Origin: an uncultured virus (IMG/VR IMGVR_UViG_3300044639_000797)
Taxonomy: Duplodnaviria > Heunggongvirae > Uroviricota > Caudoviricetes
Direction: 5' to 3' (one strand)
Virus record (IMG/VR): IMGVR_UViG_3300044639_000797
DNA length: 20,000 nucleotides
Shown: positions 16,050-20,000 of the stretch, piece by piece
How the letters are laid out: every line of letters begins with the position of its first letter
Numbering within the stretch: the stretch's first letter is position 1
Notes under the pieces: model-generated
Databases searched by the model: none
Seen by the model: only the letters and a program-made list of their open reading frames with translations
Told to the model about the DNA's origin: nothing
Made by a program: the position numbers and the translations under genes

Positions 16050-16063
16050 GGGTACATGTACCC
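16050..16063. repeat. Palindrome copy 11, GGGTACATGTACCC
   Basis: 26 nt upstream of ATG 16024. Confidence 0.95.
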
Positions 16064-16100
16064 TAAAAATGTTGAACCGTTATTGATTCAACTGGTAACT

Positions 16101-16129
16101 ATTATACTCGCAATGTGTCATCGTGTCAA
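16101..16129 (-). promoter_or_regulatory. Consensus sigma70 promoter
   Basis: TTGACA-17 nt-TATAAT on the minus strand. Confidence 0.9.
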
Positions 16130-16198
16130 CTATTGATTCATTGTGTTTCTAACGGTCTATATTATAAGGAGTAGAATAAACTAATAAAACTCTATAAA

Positions 16199-16211
16199 AA
16201 TCAATGACTTA
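16199..16211 (+). promoter_or_regulatory. IHF-consensus site
   Basis: AATCAATGACTTA matches WATCAANNNNTTR, with an A-rich 5' flank. Confidence 0.55.
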
Positions 16212-16364
16212 CGAAGGGTACGGGGTGGGCAACCCCCCTTTTCAATTAGGAGTCCCTATTTTGTACTATACTATGTTACACACAAACAATTCCTAATTTC
16301 CTCAAAAACACCTAGCCCCTTAGTACTAACCCATTCAAATTCCCCTTGACCCCCAATTTATTTT

Positions 16365-16390
16365 TTGATAAGCTGTGCACAGCTTATCAA
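16365..16390. repeat. Perfect 26-bp palindrome
   Basis: TTGATAAGCTGTG|CACAGCTTATCAA. Confidence 0.9.
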
Positions 16391-16528
16391 TTTTCACCGC
16401 CTCCCGCCAAAACACCCCCCGTCACTAAATAAAGTGCCAAAGCAAAAAATTTTTTCTACAAAAATTTAGAAAATCATGATAGGCTAGAGACTATCTGGAC
16501 CTTTGAGTTCTGCGCATACTGGTATATT

Positions 16529-17116
16529 ATGGATCCTGAATTAGAAACAATTCTAGAATTAGAAGCCCTTTTAGCTCCATCCGAGCGAAGTGCTGAGAGC
16601 ACCTTTTTACAAGCCCAAGAAGTGTTTGCCGACAGAGCATTCTTACTGAACAACGGCGTACCTTATACAAAACTCCCCCCTGAATTTACAGCCCAAGAAA
16701 AGAACGAAGCCTTGAGCATTTTTCTTGAACAGCCCGATGCACCTCTAGCACCTACTACATCCGGCGCCGCGAAAGCCCTTGAGAAACTATTAAAACGGTT
16801 CGACTATAATCTCCCCAATGCAACAAACAAGATGCGGCAGTATCTAATCTTTAAGATGTTTGAATTGGCAGAGAGTGAAGATCCTAAGTTAGCTATAAAA
16901 GCCCTAGAGATGCTAGGTAAGGTGTCAGAGATTGGGTTGTTCAGTACCAAAATAGAAATAGCAACGACTGATAAGCCTACAAAAGAGTTAGAGACAGAGC
17001 TTTCAAGCTTATTAGCCACATATTCACTAGGGGATTTAGTTGCTAGAGAGGTTAAAGAAGCCCCACAAGAGATTACTGACGAAGAATTACGAGGAGAAGT
17101 GCATGAGGATGGATGA
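16529..17116 (+). CDS. Putative terminase small subunit
   Basis: Lies upstream of terL; helical C-terminal half with AIKALEMLGK..EIGLF..KIEI. The call is mainly positional. Confidence 0.55.
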   Translation: MDPELETILELEALLAPSERSAESTFLQAQEVFADRAFLLNNGVPYTKLPPEFTAQEKNEALSIFLEQPDAPLAPTTSGAAKALEKLLKRFDYNLPNATNKMRQYLIFKMFELAESEDPKLAIKALEMLGKVSEIGLFSTKIEIATTDKPTKELETELSSLLATYSLGDLVAREVKEAPQEITDEELRGEVHEDG

Positions 17117-17213
17117 GGCTAATTGGACAGTAGTTATTGTTTGGGGCCTAATGTCAATAGGTATAGGGTTAGTTGTTTTTACCTGTTATTTTACCCATAT
17201 ATTTCAGTGTTAA
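17109..17213 (+). CDS. 34-aa single-transmembrane peptide (not in the ORF track)
   Basis: MDEANWTVVIVWGLMSIGIGLVVFTCYFTHIFQC*; overlaps the upstream stop. Confidence 0.5.
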   Translation: MDEANWTVVIVWGLMSIGIGLVVFTCYFTHIFQC

Positions 17214-17227
17214 TGGAGGAGAAGTGC

Positions 17228-17329
17228 ATGATGAGGCCTGAAGATGACGTACGTTTAGCGATTATAAGTTGGGCGGTATTAGTTGCAGGGCTTGTTGCCC
17301 TTTATTTTAACCCTCTAATGCATTGTTGA
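17228..17329 (+). CDS. 33-aa single-transmembrane peptide
   Basis: GGAGGAG RBS; MMRPEDDVRLAIISWAVLVAGLVALYFNPLMHC*; TGATG coupling to terL. Confidence 0.6.
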   Translation: MMRPEDDVRLAIISWAVLVAGLVALYFNPLMHC

Positions 17330-18813
17330 TGAAAGATAAACTAGCAGCTTTACCTGAATCTGACCGTATACACCTTGCGCAGCTTATAAAAGAGCTAAAA
17401 AAGCGTAAGGCTAGGGAAGATGCACAGACAAGCTTCTTATCTTTTGTGCAGGAAGTGTGGCCTAGTTTTATTTATGGGCGGCACCATGCGCGTATAGCGA
17501 AAGAATTTGAACGAGTGGCTAATGGTGAGTGCAAAAGACTGATTATTAACTTAGGTCCTCGTCATACTAAGAGTGAGTTCTCTTCTTACTTGTTACCTGC
17601 GTGGTTTTTAGGGCGCTTTCCAGAGAAAAAGGTCATTCAGTGTTCGCATACGGCAGAGCTTGCGGTAGGTTTTGGTCGTAAGGTACGTAACTTAGTAGGG
17701 TCGGACGAGTATCAGTCCATATTTCCGGGTGTAGGGCTACAAACAGACTCTAAAGCAGCGGGGCGATGGAACACAAACGCGGGAGGGGACTATTTCGCTA
17801 TCGGTATCAGTGGTGCTGTAACGGGTAAAGGTGCGGATCTGTTGATAATTGACGACCCTCACTCAGAAGGCGATGCGGTTATAGCTCAGTACAATCCTGA
17901 AGTGTACGATAAGGTGTATAGTTGGTACTCATCTGGTCCTCGTCAGCGGTTACAGCCCGGTGGGGCTATTGTTATAGTTATGACTCGTTGGAGTCTACGT
18001 GACTTGACAGGGCAGATATTAGAGTCTGCAGCAATGGGTGGCGACAAGTGGGAGGTGATTGAGTTCCCAGCTATATTACCTAGTGGTAAGCCGTTATGGC
18101 CTGAGTTCTGGCCCATTGAAGAGTTAATGGCGGTAAAGGCTGAGATACCTAGCGGCAAATGGCAAGCACAGTACCAGCAGCAGCCCACATCTGAGTCTAC
18201 GGCTATCGTTAAGAGAGAGTGGTGGCGAGAGTGGGAGGGGAAAGAGCCACCTGACTGTGACTTCCTGTTGATGTCGATGGATACGGCGTTTGAGAAAAAG
18301 ACCAGTGCTGACTATAGTGCCATCGTGATATTTGGTGTGTGGAACAACCCAGAGGATGGGGACCAACCGAACTTAATACTGTTAGAGGCTTGGCGAGAAC
18401 GGCTAGAGTTCCCTGATTTAAAGCAACGGACATTAGAGTTTTATCAAGAGTGGGAGCCAGATGGTGTTATTATTGAGAAGAAAGCATCAGGAGCTCCACT
18501 AATATATGAACTAAGACGTATGGGCATTCCTGTACAAGAGTTTACACCATCACGCGGACAAGATAAGATATCACGACTTAATGCAGTATCTGATATGTTT
18601 GCTTCAGGTAAAGTCTGGGCACCGTCTACACGCTGGGCTGAAGAAGTGATTGACGAGGTGGCTTCGTTTCCATCGGGTAGGAATGATGACTTTGTAGATG
18701 CTGTAACATTAGCCCTTGCACGGTTTAGGTCTGGGGGCTTCATTGGCTCCGCTAAAGATAAGGATATTGATGAGGACAGCTGGCTGATAAAGAAACGCGC
18801 TAACTATTATTAA
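17329..18813 (+). CDS. terL: Terminase large subunit (Terminase_6-type)
   Basis: RLIINLGPRHTKSE (Walker A), LLIIDDP (Walker B), MTRW, YQQQP, nuclease acidic motifs SMDTA, IIEKKASG and DDFVDA. Confidence 0.95.
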   Translation: MKDKLAALPESDRIHLAQLIKELKKRKAREDAQTSFLSFVQEVWPSFIYGRHHARIAKEFERVANGECKRLIINLGPRHTKSEFSSYLLPAWFLGRFPEKKVIQCSHTAELAVGFGRKVRNLVGSDEYQSIFPGVGLQTDSKAAGRWNTNAGGDYFAIGISGAVTGKGADLLIIDDPHSEGDAVIAQYNPEVYDKVYSWYSSGPRQRLQPGGAIVIVMTRWSLRDLTGQILESAAMGGDKWEVIEFPAILPSGKPLWPEFWPIEELMAVKAEIPSGKWQAQYQQQPTSESTAIVKREWWREWEGKEPPDCDFLLMSMDTAFEKKTSADYSAIVIFGVWNNPEDGDQPNLILLEAWRERLEFPDLKQRTLEFYQEWEPDGVIIEKKASGAPLIYELRRMGIPVQEFTPSRGQDKISRLNAVSDMFASGKVWAPSTRWAEEVIDEVASFPSGRNDDFVDAVTLALARFRSGGFIGSAKDKDIDEDSWLIKKRANYY

Positions 18814-18837
18814 CGAACACAACTTAAGGATCTACAG

Positions 18838-20000
18838 ATGGCTGAAGTCCCAAACAACATATTTAAGGCAATGCAACCGCAGAGTCCCTTTTTAACAGAA
18901 GATGATGAAGCACCAATAGAGGTTAATATAGGGGATCCTATGGATCCTATTGATACTGAAGTTGATGTAGAGATGGAACAAGAGCCGGGGTTTGATGCGA
19001 ACCTCGCGGAGTACATGGATGAGGCGGATATGGCCTCGTTAGTAGCTGATTTGATGGATGACTTTAACAATGACAAGAACGCTCGTAAAGAGTGGGAGTC
19101 TACCTATATAGACGGCTTAGATTTGTTAGGTTTAAAAATTGAAGAGCGTTCAGAACCTTGGCAAGGCGCTTGTGGTGTATACCACCCCATGCTAACAGAA
19201 GCGGCTATCCGCTTTCAGTCTGAGATGATCTCTGAAACATTTCCTGCTCAGGGACCTGTAAAAGCCCGAATAATCGGTAAAGATGACCCTGATACCCAGA
19301 AGTCTGCGGAACGTGTTGTAGAAGACATGAACTACCAGCTTACGGAAAAAATGACTGAGTTTAGACCTGAACACGAAAAGATGTTGTGGTCCTTAGCATT
19401 GGCAGGAGCCGCGTTTAAGAAAGTATATTTTGACCCCTCACTAAACCGTCAGGTAAGTATGTTTGTACCTGCAGAAGATCTTTATATACCCTATGGAGCC
19501 TCTGATGCACGTACTTCAGAGCGACTGACTCATGTCATGCGTAAAACCAAGAATGATGTTAAGAAGCTACAGTATGCGGAGTTCTATCGTGATATAGACC
19601 TTGGTGAACCAACAAAAGACCTTGACGATATTCAGAAGCGCAAAGACGAAGCTGATGGGTATAAAGCCACATATGACAACCGCTATAGACTCCTAGAGAT
19701 GCAGGTTGAGTTAGATCTTGTTGGGTTTGAAGATGTTGATGACGACTCAGGTGAAGAGACAGGCATAGCCCTGCCGTATGTTGTGACCATTGAACAAGGT
19801 ACACAAGAGATTTTATCCATTAGACGTAACTGGGATGAACATGACCCTCTTAAACAAGCTAAGCAACACTTTGTACAGTATACTTATATCCCCGGTTTCG
19901 GTGCTTATGGCTACGGGCTTATTCATCTTATTGGTGGCTTTGCTAAATCTGCAACTTCTATTGTCAGACAGTTAATTGATGCAGGTACACTAAGTAACCT
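18838..20000 (+). CDS. Portal protein (5' part, truncated by the window edge)
   Basis: Open frame from ATG 18838 behind AAGGA: MAEVPNNIFK...RKEWESTYIDGLDLLG...PWQGACGVYHPMLTEAAIRFQ...GAAFKKVYFDP; directly follows terL. Confidence 0.85.
   Translation, partial: MAEVPNNIFKAMQPQSPFLTEDDEAPIEVNIGDPMDPIDTEVDVEMEQEPGFDANLAEYMDEADMASLVADLMDDFNNDKNARKEWESTYIDGLDLLGLKIEERSEPWQGACGVYHPMLTEAAIRFQSEMISETFPAQGPVKARIIGKDDPDTQKSAERVVEDMNYQLTEKMTEFRPEHEKMLWSLALAGAAFKKVYFDPSLNRQVSMFVPAEDLYIPYGASDARTSERLTHVMRKTKNDVKKLQYAEFYRDIDLGEPTKDLDDIQKRKDEADGYKATYDNRYRLLEMQVELDLVGFEDVDDDSGEETGIALPYVVTIEQGTQEILSIRRNWDEHDPLKQAKQHFVQYTYIPGFGAYGYGLIHLIGGFAKSATSIVRQLIDAGTLSN

Noticed and set aside
7695..16063. Palindrome array as a CRISPR array or integron attC array
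   Set aside because: The repeats are only 14 bp, spacing is irregular (about 0.2-1.6 kb) with whole genes between, there are no attC R-box (RYYYAAC/GTTRRRY) ends, and no cas gene or integrase is in the window.
16804..19975. Minus-strand ORFs and 19790-19975(+) in the packaging arm
   Set aside because: They overlap terS, terL or portal in antisense or alternative frames.
1..20000. tRNA/rRNA genes, integrase/att site, alternative genetic code
   Set aside because: No cloverleaf or rRNA-like segment and no recombinase were seen. Genes end in TAA, TAG and TGA with tight packing under the standard code.

Overview
Segment of a tailed dsDNA phage (Caudoviricetes) genome, probably infecting a gamma- or betaproteobacterium (inferred from its RpoA/RpoD-like domains and IHF-consensus sites). 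A leftward arm (~16.1 kb to position 1) carries about 34 early/middle genes: many small hypotheticals, a degenerate HNH-type protein, a DUF3150-like protein, an AAA+ ATPase with a VWA/metallopeptidase partner, an HTH-sigma70 region 4 protein, a VRR-NUC nuclease, an RNA polymerase alpha-CTD fusion and a family A DNA polymerase (truncated). A rightward arm starts at 16.5 kb with a putative terS, terL and a portal gene (truncated). The most striking unexplained signal is a 14-bp palindrome, GGGTAC-NN-GTACCC, found 11 times and only between 7.7 and 16.1 kb. Eight copies sit just upstream of start codons, two are in frame inside genes and one follows a stop codon. Four copies belong to a repeated cassette of sigma70 promoter, leader hairpin, palindrome and RBS; in three of these the hairpin is shared and shows covariation. 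All protein calls come from reading motifs by eye, not from database searches.
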